The position numbers and the translations under genes are program-made. A DNA stretch of 64,000 nt from Prochlorococcus sp. AG-409-M05 (GTDB taxonomy: Bacteria; Cyanobacteriota; Cyanobacteriia; PCC-6307; Cyanobiaceae): positions 4,070 to 68,069 of the forward strand of contig QCKJ01000006.1 of NCBI GenBank assembly GCA_003215435.1. The letters run 5' to 3'. The notes beneath the pieces are model-generated. The model did not search any database, was not told where the DNA came from, and was given only the letters and a program-made list of their open reading frames with translations. This document shows positions 27,861-39,037 of the stretch, in pieces. The stretch's first letter is position 1. Every line of letters begins with the position of its first letter.

Positions 27861-28838
27861 TTAGGTTTCCTGAAAACGAAGTAACCCTTGAACCTCAAGT
27901 TGCACCCCAGGTCCTAGCAAGAGAAATTTTTCTTCCAGTTCTTCTAGACCGCTTGGAGTCATCCATTCAAGTTGGCGTATGAGATGAAGTGCCACAGCAT
28001 GTTTTGCACGTTTTGAACCATCTTCAACTTTTATCGCGATACCAATACCCTGACCTTTCCGTCCAATGCATTGAATACCTTCTGCACCTCCTTTGCTAAT
28101 GATTTGTTCATGTCCTCTTCCCATTATCTCGGTATCGAACCGACCTTTACCCGCAACTAATTCTGGATAGGCAAGCATCGCTCTAGAGACTTGCTCAAGT
28201 TCTGCCTGAGTTGAACCACTTAAAGTTGCGTATAGCAATGCAATCTGACTTAGTCTTAGGAAGAAGGTTGGAGCGCCGCAATCATCTCTCGCGGCTAGCA
28301 GTTCTTCCGATGGGAGGCCAAGTAAATCAGCTATTCGACGGGAAATCTCTATTTGGAGAGGGTGTTCTCCTTGAAGGTAGTTATTAAGTGGCCAGCCTAA
28401 CTTTTTGCATGTAGCCAGAAAGGCCGCATGCTTGCCTGAACAATTATGTTCTAGAGGACTTTTTCTTCCTTTGGGCACCGGACACTGCAATTCATTTACA
28501 TCTATATGTGAATTCCATAACAATCTAAATACTTCTCTTGCATGGTATGCAGAGCCAGAGTGAGAACCGCAACAAACCGCCAAGCCTTTTTCACTACAGT
28601 CAACTTTCTCTGAAGTTCCACTGCTTATAAATGGAAGTATTTGAAAAGGTTTAAGTGCAGAACGAACAAATGTTTCATGTTCCTGATTCCCTGCACACAT
28701 TAAAACTCTTCCTTTGCTATCACAAATAACAGCATGTACACGATGAATTGATTCAATACTTGAGTTTCGTTTAAGGTTAACAATAAGGGGAGGATTCCTT
28801 GGCCTTCTCTCTTTATCTAGTTGATTTAAAATGTTCAT
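27861..28838 (-). CDS. Asparaginase II family protein (Rhizobium-type L-asparaginase)
   Basis: It has HRVHAVICDSKG, ALKPFQ, CCGSHSG, CSGKHAA and GAEG blocks. The ORF is open from 28859, and ATG 28838 (MNILNQ), just after the upstream stop, was preferred as the start. Confidence 0.8.
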   Translation of the reverse strand: MNILNQLDKERRPRNPPLIVNLKRNSSIESIHRVHAVICDSKGRVLMCAGNQEHETFVRSALKPFQILPFISSGTSEKVDCSEKGLAVCCGSHSGSAYHAREVFRLLWNSHIDVNELQCPVPKGRKSPLEHNCSGKHAAFLATCKKLGWPLNNYLQGEHPLQIEISRRIADLLGLPSEELLAARDDCGAPTFFLRLSQIALLYATLSGSTQAELEQVSRAMLAYPELVAGKGRFDTEIMGRGHEQIISKGGAEGIQCIGRKGQGIGIAIKVEDGSKRAKHAVALHLIRQLEWMTPSGLEELEEKFLLLGPGVQLEVQGLLRFQET

Positions 28839-28839
28839 C

Positions 28840-29349
28840 TCAAGTCCTTTCGCTTCCATTAAATAGAATCATAGCTGAGGAAAGACAAGTTAGTATTAAT
28901 ATTCTTGCCAAAAGTTTCTCTATATTTTTAATTACTGGCTTTACTTCATGATTGGCGATGAGAATATCTTGCTGCCTTGAAGTGATTGATTTCTCCCATA
29001 TCTGTCCATCGTACCAACCTGTCTCTTCATACTCTACTTTTTGGGATATTAATCTACTTAGTATATATCTCCAGCCTAACCATTGCCTTAATAGCAAAAA
29101 TATTGGTGAAAGAAGACTTGTTATTGAACATATCATTATAGTTAAGATGGGGTTATTTCTAAATTGAACACTTTCTCTACCAACTAGAACTGTTAACGGA
29201 AACATGATTATCCAACTGATTATTAGTGTAATGTATAGATTGTTTATATTTCCTTTTGCTTTTGAAAAAAACCATGAATTACTTAATGCCTTAAACTCTT
29301 CAATTGGCCTTTGATCAATTGGAACTGGGCAGCAGTTATTTATAGTCAT
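28840..29349 (-). CDS. ycf36: Ycf36 (DUF1230) family membrane protein
   Basis: CPVPIDQRPIEEFKALSNSWFF is the characteristic N-terminal motif. It is followed by two TM helices and YEETGWYDGQIWEK. Confidence 0.75.
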   Translation of the reverse strand: MTINNCCPVPIDQRPIEEFKALSNSWFFSKAKGNINNLYITLIISWIIMFPLTVLVGRESVQFRNNPILTIMICSITSLLSPIFLLLRQWLGWRYILSRLISQKVEYEETGWYDGQIWEKSITSRQQDILIANHEVKPVIKNIEKLLARILILTCLSSAMILFNGSERT

Positions 29350-29353
29350 CTCA

Positions 29354-29731
29354 TTAAACTAACTTTGACTCCATCGAATTAAATGAATGACATTCTCCAT
29401 TACTCCAGAATGCCTCTAAATCGTAATAACTACGTTCTTTTGGCTGGAGGATATTGACAATAAGCTCTCCATAGTCGAGAAGTGCCCATTTGGCTTCATT
29501 AATTCCCTCTCTTCTAAGAGGTGAACGGTTTGCTTCATCTCTTAATCGGATCTCGACAGATTTAGATATTGCTCGTACTTGCACATCAGAAAGTCCTTCG
29601 GCAATAACTATCCAATCAGTAATACTAGAAACTTTTTCAACATTAATTAGCTGAATATCTTTTGCCTTGCGATCATCGCAGGCTTCCGCGGCTAGGGCTG
29701 CCAACCGCTCACTATCCATAGACATTCTCAC
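29354..29731 (-). CDS. rsfS: Ribosomal silencing factor RsfS (iojap-like)
   Basis: It has DWIVIAEGLSDVQVRAI and WALLDYGELIVNI..ERSYYDLEAFW. The start is uncertain (GTG 29731, ATG 29725 or ATG 29719), and every option overlaps the upstream gene end. Confidence 0.85.
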   Translation of the reverse strand: MRMSMDSERLAALAAEACDDRKAKDIQLINVEKVSSITDWIVIAEGLSDVQVRAISKSVEIRLRDEANRSPLRREGINEAKWALLDYGELIVNILQPKERSYYDLEAFWSNGECHSFNSMESKLV

Positions 29732-30347
29732 TTGTTACAGATTGACTGGAGCCTTCTTGTTCGGCCATTTCAGCACGAGCTTTTCCAGCACTTTTCCTAA
29801 GGGCTTCAAGGCGGTCTTCAAAGAAACCTCGTTTCTTTTTCTTACGTGTGTTCTCTAAAAGCTCTTTTAATGCTCCTCCAAGGCTTTTGTAGGCGTTCGG
29901 AACGCTATAGCCAAACCTGCATGCCAAATCTATAGCTCTCTCGTCAGCTGCAATTGCATCTTGTAGGCGTTTTTCTGAATTGTTCTTTAGGTATAAGCGG
30001 TAGCCTGCAAAGCCAGAAAGTCCCAATGCCATGAGAAGCAATAGACCGTCTTGAACCCATAACTCACCGATTGCTCCACCAAGGCCAATTGCTAATGCAG
30101 CCATTTCCCACCCATCTCGTGGAATAGTGTCGTTTTGAATTCGCCCTACTTCATGCCAGAAAAGGAGGTTTCTGTGATCTATTGCTAGCTTCTCCCATTG
30201 ATCAAGATCAACTTGAATTTCAACTTCATCACGACCAATTTCCTCAAGAGTAATTAATGGGGGTTCTACTGCTACAGCAGACTCCACGAATACCCAACTT
30301 TGGTTCTCCGGCGGCAATAGTCCTTTAAGTCGCTGGAGTTCACTCAT
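29712..30347 (-). CDS. Conserved cyanobacterial membrane protein (DUF3318-like; recalled from memory)
   Basis: MSELQRLKGLLPPE, two central TM helices and a basic helical tail. The ORF is open from 30371, and ATG 30347 was preferred as the start. Confidence 0.55.
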   Translation of the reverse strand: MSELQRLKGLLPPENQSWVFVESAVAVEPPLITLEEIGRDEVEIQVDLDQWEKLAIDHRNLLFWHEVGRIQNDTIPRDGWEMAALAIGLGGAIGELWVQDGLLLLMALGLSGFAGYRLYLKNNSEKRLQDAIAADERAIDLACRFGYSVPNAYKSLGGALKELLENTRKKKKRGFFEDRLEALRKSAGKARAEMAEQEGSSQSVTSENVYG

Positions 30348-30469
30348 GATCCCTAAATTCCTTGATTCCAAAGTTAGCTAGTTGCCCCCGCAGATTGTTG
30401 TGATTCGTTTTTAAACTTTGGTTCAGCTTCATGGGAAGCTAGAAACATCTTGCTATCAACCTCAAGCCT

Positions 30470-33400
30470 ATGCCCAGGCGGACCGATTTGCGTCGAATTC
30501 TGCTACTTGGGTCTGGTCCGATAGTTATCGGACAAGCTTGCGAATTCGATTATTCAGGAACGCAGGCCTGTAAGGCACTACGTGCAGAGGGATATGAGGT
30601 GGTTTTGGTTAATTCAAACCCTGCCTCGATCATGACTGATCCAGACATGGCTGACCGTACATATTTAGAGCCATTAACAACAGAGGTTGTTACGCGTGTA
30701 ATAGAAGCAGAGAGGCCAGATGCGCTCTTGCCAACAATGGGAGGGCAGACAGCCCTTAACTTGGCAGTCTCGTTGTCTGAGCAGGGAATACTTGACCGCT
30801 TTGGCATTGAACTGATTGGGGCTGATCTTTCTGCGATCCGTAAAGCAGAGGACCGCCAGCTTTTTAAAGAAGCTATGGAGAAAATCGGAGTAAAAGTTTG
30901 TCCATCTGGGATAGCTTCTACTATTGAAGAAGCAGAAAAAGTTGGTTCAGAAATTAATAGTTTTCCAAGGATAATTCGGCCTGCATTTACCCTTGGGGGA
31001 AGCGGTGGCGGAATTGCATATAACCCTGAAGAATTCACAAAAATCTGTAAAAGTGGTTTAGATGCGAGTCCTGTATCTCAGATCCTTATTGAAAAGTCAC
31101 TGATTGGTTGGAAAGAATTTGAGCTTGAAGTTATGCGAGACATTAAAGATAACGTTGTCATTGTTTGTAGCATCGAGAATATTGATCCTATGGGAATTCA
31201 TACTGGTGATTCTATTACTGTTGCACCAGCCCAAACACTTACTGATAGGGAGTATCAACGACTGAGAGATCAATCTATAGCGATAATTAGGGAGATTGGA
31301 GTAGAAACTGGGGGAAGCAATATTCAATTTGCAGTTAATCAGGATGATGGAGAAGTTATTGTTATTGAAATGAATCCTCGTGTAAGCCGATCATCTGCAC
31401 TTGCTAGTAAGGCTACTGGATTTCCTATAGCAAAAATTGCTGCAAGACTAGCTATAGGATATACATTAGACGAAATAATCAATGAGATAACTGAAAAAAC
31501 ACCAGCATGTTTTGAACCTACTATTGATTATGTAGTGACTAAAATTCCTAGATTTGCTTTCGAGAAATTTAAAGGAAGCCCAGCTTTATTAACAACTTCT
31601 ATGAAATCAGTTGGCGAAGCAATGGCAATCGGGAGGTCATTTGAAGAGTCTTTCCAGAAGGCAATTAGATCTCTTGAAACTGGCTTTGCTGGTTGGGGGT
31701 GTGACCGCCCTGAGCCTGATTTAAACTCTTCAGAAATTGATCGCTTACTTCGTACGCCATCACCCAATAGAATAATGACAATTAGGTCTGCAATGTTAAA
31801 GGGAAAGTCAAATGAAGAAATTTATTGCTTAAGCAAAATAGACCCTTGGTTTTTATCTAAACTTAGAAATATTATACAAGCTGAACAAGATTTACTCTTG
31901 TCTAATGCATTGGCAGATCTTGATGCTGACACATTTTTATATTTGAAGCAACTTGGTTTTTCAGATCGACAGATCGCCTGGGCTACTAACTCTGAAGAGA
32001 TTGAGGTGCGCACTCAAAGAGACTCTCTAGGTATAAGACCTGTTTATAAAACAGTTGATACATGTGCAGCTGAATTTGCATCTAATACTCCATATCATTA
32101 TTCAACTTATGAGAGATTAATTAACAAAATTGAAGTTACAGGTGAAATTAAAATACTTCCACCACAAACAGAAATCAATCAGGATAGTCGTAAAAAAATA
32201 ATGATTCTAGGTGGAGGGCCTAATAGGATTGGTCAAGGAATTGAATTTGATTATTGTTGTTGTCATGCATCCTTTGCTGCTCAGCAAATAGGATTTGTAA
32301 CTGTGATGGTTAACAGCAACCCTGAAACAGTTTCAACTGACTATGACACAAGTGACAGACTTTATTTTGAGCCACTTACACTTGAGGATGTCTTAAATGT
32401 TATCGAAGTTGAAAAACCAGATGGAGTAATTGTTCAATTTGGTGGTCAGACTCCACTAAAGCTAGCTATTCCTCTTCTTAAATGGCTTGAAAGCTCGGCA
32501 GGCAAAAAAACAGGAACAAGGATTTGGGGGACATCTCCAAATTCAATAGATATGGCAGAGGACCGAGAACAGTTTGAGGCAATACTCCGTGAGTTAGATA
32601 TCCAACAACCAAAGAATGGGTTGGCTCGCTGTGAATCTGATGCCAGACTTATCGCTGAACGTATTGGTTATCCCGTAGTTGTTAGACCTTCTTATGTTCT
32701 TGGAGGAAGGGCTATGGAGGTCGTTTTTGATGAAAATGAACTCAATAGATATATGTCTGAAGCAGTAGAAGTTGAGCCAAATCACCCAGTTTTAATTGAT
32801 CAATACCTTGAAAATGCCATAGAGGTTGATGTCGATGCTCTTTGTGATTCTGATGGCTTTGTTGTTATCGGTGGCTTGATGGAGCACATTGAGCCTGCTG
32901 GGATTCATTCAGGAGATTCAGCTTGCTGTCTTCCTTCAATTTCATTGGGTGAGAAAGCTCTTAAAACTATTCGCTCTTGGAGCGAATCTTTGGCAATCGC
33001 TTTAAAGGTAAAGGGGTTAATTAACCTTCAATTTGCTGTACAACGAGATGAATTAGGTAACGAAAATGTTTTCATTATTGAGGCAAATCCCCGAGCTTCG
33101 AGGACTGTTCCTTTTGTAGCTAAGGCCACAGGAGTTCCACTTGGTCAGATTGCAACCCGACTTATGGCAGGAGAGACTTTGTCAGAGATCGGACTGTTAA
33201 ATGAGCCTTTGCCACCCCTCCAATCTATTAAAGAAGCAGTGCTGCCATTTCGTCGCTTTCCTGGAGCAGATAGCGTTCTTGGACCAGAAATGCGTTCTAC
33301 AGGTGAAGTTATGGGTTCTGCTCCCGGTTTTGGGATGGCTTATGCAAAGGCTGAGTTGGCCGCAGGAGAGGGCTTGCCTGTTTCTGGAAGAGTTTTTATT

Positions 33401-33784
33401 TCTACCCATGACAGAGATAAGCCTGAATTAGTGTCTATAGCAAAAAGGCTTTTTGAACTTGGGTTTGAATTAATTGCTACCTCAGGTACAGCAAGTTATC
33501 TATCCAGGTCTGGACTAACTGTCCAGAGTGTCCTCAAGGTTCATGAGGGCCGACCAAATATTGAGGATGTAATACGTTCTCGACAAATTCAATTAGTTAT
33601 CAATACTCCTATTGGACGACAAGCTGCTCATGATGACAAATATCTTCGTAGGGCTGCGCTTGATTATTCTGTTCCTACAGTCACTACTCTTGCTGGTGCT
33701 AGGGCAGCAGTAGAGGCAATTGCTGCTCTTCAGGGGGAGCAGGTTTCAGTGGCTGCACTTCAAGATGTCCATTCTTATAACTAA
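30470..33784 (+). CDS. carB: Carbamoyl-phosphate synthase large subunit
   Basis: A 1104-aa protein with duplicated ATP-grasp halves ([21 protein letters not shown] and [21 protein letters not shown]) and a C-terminal MGS-like domain. Confidence 0.97.
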   Translation: MPRRTDLRRILLLGSGPIVIGQACEFDYSGTQACKALRAEGYEVVLVNSNPASIMTDPDMADRTYLEPLTTEVVTRVIEAERPDALLPTMGGQTALNLAVSLSEQGILDRFGIELIGADLSAIRKAEDRQLFKEAMEKIGVKVCPSGIASTIEEAEKVGSEINSFPRIIRPAFTLGGSGGGIAYNPEEFTKICKSGLDASPVSQILIEKSLIGWKEFELEVMRDIKDNVVIVCSIENIDPMGIHTGDSITVAPAQTLTDREYQRLRDQSIAIIREIGVETGGSNIQFAVNQDDGEVIVIEMNPRVSRSSALASKATGFPIAKIAARLAIGYTLDEIINEITEKTPACFEPTIDYVVTKIPRFAFEKFKGSPALLTTSMKSVGEAMAIGRSFEESFQKAIRSLETGFAGWGCDRPEPDLNSSEIDRLLRTPSPNRIMTIRSAMLKGKSNEEIYCLSKIDPWFLSKLRNIIQAEQDLLLSNALADLDADTFLYLKQLGFSDRQIAWATNSEEIEVRTQRDSLGIRPVYKTVDTCAAEFASNTPYHYSTYERLINKIEVTGEIKILPPQTEINQDSRKKIMILGGGPNRIGQGIEFDYCCCHASFAAQQIGFVTVMVNSNPETVSTDYDTSDRLYFEPLTLEDVLNVIEVEKPDGVIVQFGGQTPLKLAIPLLKWLESSAGKKTGTRIWGTSPNSIDMAEDREQFEAILRELDIQQPKNGLARCESDARLIAERIGYPVVVRPSYVLGGRAMEVVFDENELNRYMSEAVEVEPNHPVLIDQYLENAIEVDVDALCDSDGFVVIGGLMEHIEPAGIHSGDSACCLPSISLGEKALKTIRSWSESLAIALKVKGLINLQFAVQRDELGNENVFIIEANPRASRTVPFVAKATGVPLGQIATRLMAGETLSEIGLLNEPLPPLQSIKEAVLPFRRFPGADSVLGPEMRSTGEVMGSAPGFGMAYAKAELAAGEGLPVSGRVFISTHDRDKPELVSIAKRLFELGFELIATSGTASYLSRSGLTVQSVLKVHEGRPNIEDVIRSRQIQLVINTPIGRQAAHDDKYLRRAALDYSVPTVTTLAGARAAVEAIAALQGEQVSVAALQDVHSYN

Positions 33785-33800
33785 TCTTTAGATTTTTCTC

Positions 33801-34484
33801 GTGATCATTAAACACTCTGCCCAAACAGATGAAGTTCCCACTCCAGGCTCTGATTGCAAAGATTCTTTTCGCTCAGCTTATGAGAACCGTTATACCTGGG
33901 ACGAACATTTTTCTGGATATCAGGGCCGATGCTTTTTAGAGGCTGGAAGTCGAATAGCTGAGGGGATCTTTCAAGTGACCCCTGATTTGATCCCATCTAT
34001 TAGTGATATTAGTGATGAATTTATAGAAAAGATGTTCCTATCACAATTAAGGGAAGTTGCCATACATCGTGTCCGTCGCTCTTTTAAAGATACACATAAG
34101 AATAATACTTTTACCGTTGGAGATGTTAATAATATAGGAACAGAGATTATAGTTGGAGGAAAGTGTTTAGGGGATCGCTATAGGATTAAGAATAATATTA
34201 TTACAATGGTTCACCGGCATATACACGGCTCATTGATTACCATTTATACAAAAGAGATTATTGATACAGGGAATGGATATTTAAGTAAAAGTTATACAAG
34301 TCAATATAGCGACCCAAAAACTGGAAAGAGCGTAGGAGCATTGTCCTACTTTACAGATACGTTCGTATCACTATCTGATAATGGTCCATGGGTTTTAAGT
34401 GAGAGAATTATTGTTCAGGAACCTTATCAAGACACCCCTGGAAAGAACCAGACATTTAGGTTCCAGGATATGAAGCCCTTATAA
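33801..34484 (+). CDS. Conserved cyanobacterial protein (DUF3386-like; recalled from memory)
   Basis: FRSAYENRYTWDEHFSGYQG is a motif typical of a cyanobacteria/plastid-lineage family. The start is GTG, 16 nt after carB. Confidence 0.55.
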   Translation: MIIKHSAQTDEVPTPGSDCKDSFRSAYENRYTWDEHFSGYQGRCFLEAGSRIAEGIFQVTPDLIPSISDISDEFIEKMFLSQLREVAIHRVRRSFKDTHKNNTFTVGDVNNIGTEIIVGGKCLGDRYRIKNNIITMVHRHIHGSLITIYTKEIIDTGNGYLSKSYTSQYSDPKTGKSVGALSYFTDTFVSLSDNGPWVLSERIIVQEPYQDTPGKNQTFRFQDMKPL

Positions 34485-34511
34485 GGTAGTTGTTGCCATT
34501 AAAAGAAGGCT

Positions 34512-35933
34512 GTGACACGATCTGTTTCAGCTTCTGATGAGTTTTTAGTGCATCTTTCTTTGAGTCTTCTTGGGCTACCTTTTCTTTTTGGTCAAACCCC
34601 TTTGAAAATTGAAAATATTGTTGATGCAATTAATACCCCTATCAATAGTTTTGCTTGGGGGTGGCCCACTGTCATCTTGATTGCACTGACAGGAGTTGTC
34701 CTGATGGTTGGGCTTGGATTTTTGCCGCTAATTCAGATTCCTTATGGCTTCCGAATGATGATTGGCTCGAAATCTGACAGCAAAACAGAGGGAGAAATTA
34801 CACCATTCCAAGCACTTATGACTTCTCTTTCGGCGACTATTGGAACCGGAAACATCGCAGGTGTAGCTGGTGCTATCGCAATAGGGGGACCTGGGGCCGT
34901 CTTTTGGATGTGGTTGATTTCTGTATTTGGGATAGCAACTAAATATGCAGAAACTGTCTTGGCTGTTCACTATCGCGAAATTGATTCGCTTGGGAACCAT
35001 GTTGGTGGCCCTATGTATTACATAAAAAACGGTCTTGGGACAAGCTGGCAATGGTTAGGAGGTGTATTTGCACTTTTTGGGATGTTAGCTGGATTCGGTA
35101 TTGGAAATGGTGTTCAATGTTTTGAAGTTTCTAGTGCACTGCAATCATTAGGAATTCCACGTCTTATGACTGGGATAGTTCTAGGAGCACTTGTCTTTGG
35201 AGTGATAATTGGAGGAATTAAACGAATTGCTAAAGCGGCATCAGCAATTGTGCCGATCATGGCAATAGTTTATATCTGCGCTTGTTTGATAATTATCTTT
35301 TTAAATATCTCGGCTGTTCCAGGAGCTTTTTCAACAATATTTTCAAATGCTTTTACAGGTAAAGCTGCCGCTGGAGGAACTTTTGCTCAGGTCGTATTGA
35401 TGGGTTTTAAAAGAGGTATTTTTTCAAATGAGGCAGGATTGGGTAGTGCTCCAATAGCCCATGCTTCAGCCAATACTGATAATCCCGTTAAGCAAGGAAC
35501 AGTTGCAATGCTTGGGACTTTTATAGATACAATAATAATTTGCTCATTAACTGCTTTGGTGATAATTATTACTGGAGCCAATCAGAATGGATTGTCAGGT
35601 TCTGATTTATCTATAGCAGCATTTAATACTGGCCTTGCTGGTACTGGTTGGGTGGTTACTTTTGGGTTGGTTGTTTTTGCTTTTACTACAGTGCTTGGTT
35701 GGAGTCTTTATGGTGAAAGGTGCACTGAATTCTTATTTGGGGTTAAAGCAATTTTGCCGTTTAGACTTGTTTGGGTTGCCGTGGTTGTAATTGGTTCGGT
35801 TGCTGGGGATAGAGGCGTTGTATGGGCAGTTGCTGATACTCTAAATGGCTTAATGGCTTTACCTAACTTGATTGCGATTCTTTTGCTCTCTGGGACTGTT
35901 TTTAACCTTTCTAGACAACATCGCTTCAATTAA
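34512..35933 (+). CDS. Alanine/glycine:cation symporter (AGCS family)
   Basis: It has FQALMTSLSATIGTGNIAGVAGAI, GGPGAVFWMW and FSNEAGLGSAPIAHA blocks and about 11 TM helices. Confidence 0.9.
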   Translation: MTRSVSASDEFLVHLSLSLLGLPFLFGQTPLKIENIVDAINTPINSFAWGWPTVILIALTGVVLMVGLGFLPLIQIPYGFRMMIGSKSDSKTEGEITPFQALMTSLSATIGTGNIAGVAGAIAIGGPGAVFWMWLISVFGIATKYAETVLAVHYREIDSLGNHVGGPMYYIKNGLGTSWQWLGGVFALFGMLAGFGIGNGVQCFEVSSALQSLGIPRLMTGIVLGALVFGVIIGGIKRIAKAASAIVPIMAIVYICACLIIIFLNISAVPGAFSTIFSNAFTGKAAAGGTFAQVVLMGFKRGIFSNEAGLGSAPIAHASANTDNPVKQGTVAMLGTFIDTIIICSLTALVIIITGANQNGLSGSDLSIAAFNTGLAGTGWVVTFGLVVFAFTTVLGWSLYGERCTEFLFGVKAILPFRLVWVAVVVIGSVAGDRGVVWAVADTLNGLMALPNLIAILLLSGTVFNLSRQHRFN

Positions 35934-35957
35934 GACATTCAATTAGATAACTTCCTC

Positions 35958-36185
35958 TTATTGAATAGGGTTTACATTTTTAAGTTTTTCCTTTAACTGC
36001 ATTGCCAAACTTTGTCGACCAATGGCTAGAACCTTCAGTGTGTCTTCATGCATTCTCAATTGTGCATCAGCAACCTGCATCCCGCGAACCATTTCTTTTA
36101 GATCGTCTGGGAGTTGTTTGAGGTCATAGCGTTTACCCTCAAAGGTAAGCACGGGTTCATTAGCTTTTCCGAGAGAGTCAGTCAT
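35958..36185 (-). CDS. Hypothetical small conserved protein
   Basis: A 75-aa helical ORF with coding-like composition and no recognised family. Confidence 0.45.
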   Translation of the reverse strand: MTDSLGKANEPVLTFEGKRYDLKQLPDDLKEMVRGMQVADAQLRMHEDTLKVLAIGRQSLAMQLKEKLKNVNPIQ

Positions 36186-36289
36186 TTGAGGTCCTTAAGA
36201 GCAGTTGTTTTAAAGGCAGGAGTCTGATTTGCCGAAAAAACGAGCAATACAACTTTTAGCCGTTTTTATTTGAAGAGTTTATATGCAGA

Positions 36290-38035
36290 TTAGTCAGATT
36301 GAAAATCTTGAATGATTTGTCGTTCGCATAGTTCTCTATATCTCCCCGGGTGACTCATTAGCTCTGTATGGCTTCCTTCTTCACAAATACTTCCTTTGTC
36401 CATAAGAACAATCTTGTCAGCCTCTTGCACTGTTGACAAACGATGTGCAATCACAACCACTGTTCGACCATTCATTGCTTGCTTTAACCCCACTTGAACA
36501 GCTTCCTCAGATTCGGCATCTAGAGCACTGGTAGCTTCATCTAGAAGCAATACAGAGGGGTTTCCCAAGATAGCTCTTGCTATAGCAATTCTTTGTAGCT
36601 GCCCGCCTGAGAAGTTACTACCTCTTTCCTCTAATTGGGTGTTGTAGCCTTTTGGTAATGCCATTATGAAGTTATGGGCATTAGCAGTCTTTGCTGCCCT
36701 GATGACACTTTCGTGTGTGGCATTGCGACCAAATCTTATCGCTTCAGTAATACTTCCAGAAAAAACTATATTTTGCTGAGGAACTAGAGCGATTTCTCTT
36801 CGAAGATCCTTCGAACGTATTTGAGAAATGTTTTTATCACCTAATATTATTTCTCCCGATTGTGCATGGTTAAATCTTAATAGTAGTGAGAATAATGTAC
36901 TTTTCCCAGCCCCAGATGGCCCTACTAATGCTAACACCTGCCCTTGTTTTATCGTTAGTGTTAAATCGTTAATTACTGGTTGAGTTGGTTCGTAATGAAA
37001 ACTTATTTGATGGAAAATTAAGTCACCAGTTATTGAGTCCAATTTGTGAGCATTTGGTTGATCAGCCGATTCTCTTGGTTGAGTTTCGATCTCCCTCAGC
37101 CTTCTGAGTGAAGCCTGTCCTTGTTGAAATTCATTGAAGTTTGTAGTCAGGTGGCTTATAGGGTCTATTAACATAAGCAACGCTGCTACATAGCTGCTAA
37201 AGCCTTGTGCATCGAGTACGCCACTTTGGATTCTTAATGCTCCAATGGCTAAAATTGTAAGAATTCCTGTTGCTTCAATTAACCCAACGACAGGGTGTTG
37301 GAGAGCTAATAGCCGAAGAGTTTGGTATCGAGCATTTCGATGAAGATCTATCTCTTCATTGAACCTATCTTGCAGCCATTCTTCAGCGGCAAATGCTCTT
37401 ACTAAAGGAAGGCCTTGAATTGCCTCTGCTAGGAGCCCCGCTAGATCACTGACCTTCTTTTGACTTCGCTCTGCTGCTTTCATTACTTTTGCTCCAAATT
37501 GACTTACAAGCACAACAACCACAGGAGCTAAAAGGATAGTGACGCTTGAGATTTGCCAGTCGAGCCAAATCATGTATCCCAAAACGGCAATCAGCTGGAG
37601 AACACATGGGATAGTGTCTTGAATGGTTTTGTAGACGACTTCTCCGACCCTGTCAGCATCTTCTGTAAGTCTGTATGTAAGGTCTCCTGATGAAAGTTTT
37701 TCTAAAGAACTTAGGTCTACTTTCTGGAGTTTTTTAAATACGTCATGCCTAAGTTTCTGGCTAACACGTAGAGCAGGGCCAGCAAGCAAAATGTCTTGTC
37801 CAAATTGAGCTATTTTTTGAACAAAGAAAATCCCCAATGATTGGCTGATTACCTTTATTACAATAAAAATCTTCCCTCCACCTATTGCCGGTATTAGTTG
37901 TCCTGCTAGCCAGGCGAGCATCGGCCAGCAACTTACGTAAATTGCCATGCAGCATCCGCCAGCGATCAACTCTCGTATGTACGGCTTAAGTAGTGGGATT
38001 AGCCTTCGGAAACCGGCTTCTGATTGAGCAAGCAT
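36290..38035 (-). CDS. ABC exporter, fused permease/ATPase (MsbA/multidrug-like)
   Basis: It has an N-terminal 6-TM domain, then Walker A GPSGAGKST, signature FSGGQLQR, Walker B LLLLDEATSALD and an H-loop IAHRL. Confidence 0.9.
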   Translation of the reverse strand: MLAQSEAGFRRLIPLLKPYIRELIAGGCCMAIYVSCWPMLAWLAGQLIPAIGGGKIFIVIKVISQSLGIFFVQKIAQFGQDILLAGPALRVSQKLRHDVFKKLQKVDLSSLEKLSSGDLTYRLTEDADRVGEVVYKTIQDTIPCVLQLIAVLGYMIWLDWQISSVTILLAPVVVVLVSQFGAKVMKAAERSQKKVSDLAGLLAEAIQGLPLVRAFAAEEWLQDRFNEEIDLHRNARYQTLRLLALQHPVVGLIEATGILTILAIGALRIQSGVLDAQGFSSYVAALLMLIDPISHLTTNFNEFQQGQASLRRLREIETQPRESADQPNAHKLDSITGDLIFHQISFHYEPTQPVINDLTLTIKQGQVLALVGPSGAGKSTLFSLLLRFNHAQSGEIILGDKNISQIRSKDLRREIALVPQQNIVFSGSITEAIRFGRNATHESVIRAAKTANAHNFIMALPKGYNTQLEERGSNFSGGQLQRIAIARAILGNPSVLLLDEATSALDAESEEAVQVGLKQAMNGRTVVVIAHRLSTVQEADKIVLMDKGSICEEGSHTELMSHPGRYRELCERQIIQDFQSD

Positions 38036-38074
38036 TCCGCCAGACTATCAATCTGATGAAATATTCTGGTTTTA

Positions 38075-38272
38075 ATGAAACTAGATCAATTTTTGAAATG
38101 GCAGGGTTGGACTTCTACTGGAGGGGAAGCCAAATCCCTTATCAGAGCAGGATTAGTTACCGTTAATGGCCTGGTTGAGACAAGACGTGGACGGAAGTTG
38201 ATAAATGGTGATCAAGTTGTATTAGGTACCAATGAAGCCTTAGTCTCCGAGACTTATGCAACAGGATCGTAA
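38075..38272 (+). CDS. S4-domain RNA-binding protein (YbcJ-like)
   Basis: KLDQFLKW.G...[24 protein letters not shown] is the small S4-like module. Confidence 0.75.
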   Translation: MKLDQFLKWQGWTSTGGEAKSLIRAGLVTVNGLVETRRGRKLINGDQVVLGTNEALVSETYATGS

Positions 38273-38304
38273 GTTATCCAGAACTTACACAGGAGGAACT
38301 AAGA

Positions 38305-39036
38305 GTGCGTAAACCGGTCATAGCTGGAAACTGGAAAATGCACATGACCTGTGCAGAAGCCAGAAAATATATGGCTGATTTGGTTCCATTGCTAAATAAG
38401 TCAGTAGAGGATCGCCATATTGTTCTTGCGCCAGCGTTTACAGCTCTTTCAACTTTGGCAGAGGTTGTAAAAGGAAGCCCAATTGAACTTTCTAGTCAAA
38501 ACGTTCATTGGGAGGATCAGGGTGCTTTTACTGCAGAGGTCTCACCAAAAATGCTGTTGGAGCATCAAGTTAAATATGCAATTGTTGGCCATAGTGAACC
38601 TAGAAAATATTTTAGTGAGAGTGATGAACAGATAAACCTCCGAGCAAGGTCTGCACAAGCACATGATTTAATTCCAATTGTCTGTGTGGGTGAAAGTAAT
38701 GATCAAAGAGAGAGAGGGGAGGCTGAACGAGTTATCAGGAGGCAAGTTGAGCAAGGGCTTGAGGACATACTCCCTGAAAAAGTTGTAGTTGCATATGAGC
38801 CCATTTGGGCTATAGGAACTGGTAAGACTTGTGATTCGTTTGAAGCAAATCGAATTTGTGGATTAATTCGAAAATGGGTCGATTATCCTGACTTGATAGT
38901 TCAATATGGAGGTTCGGTTAAGCCTGGAAACATTGATGAAATCATGTCTATGACAGATATAGATGGAGTACTTGTTGGTGGAGCCTCTTTAGACCCTGAG
39001 AGCTTTGCACGAATAATTAATTATCAAGTTATTTGA
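38305..39036 (+). CDS. tpiA: Triosephosphate isomerase
   Basis: It has AGNWKMH, VGHSERR-like [20 protein letters not shown] and YGGSV. The start is GTG. Confidence 0.95.
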   Translation: MRKPVIAGNWKMHMTCAEARKYMADLVPLLNKSVEDRHIVLAPAFTALSTLAEVVKGSPIELSSQNVHWEDQGAFTAEVSPKMLLEHQVKYAIVGHSEPRKYFSESDEQINLRARSAQAHDLIPIVCVGESNDQRERGEAERVIRRQVEQGLEDILPEKVVVAYEPIWAIGTGKTCDSFEANRICGLIRKWVDYPDLIVQYGGSVKPGNIDEIMSMTDIDGVLVGGASLDPESFARIINYQVI

Positions 39037-39037
39037 G

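Noticed and set aside
30550-33431. Several 60-160-codon ORFs antisense to or out of frame within carB (for example 30550-31038, 31097-31327, 33197-33409).
   Set aside because: They lie entirely inside a 1104-aa, strongly conserved CDS. They have low-complexity or unbiased composition and no motifs, so they are typical shadow ORFs.
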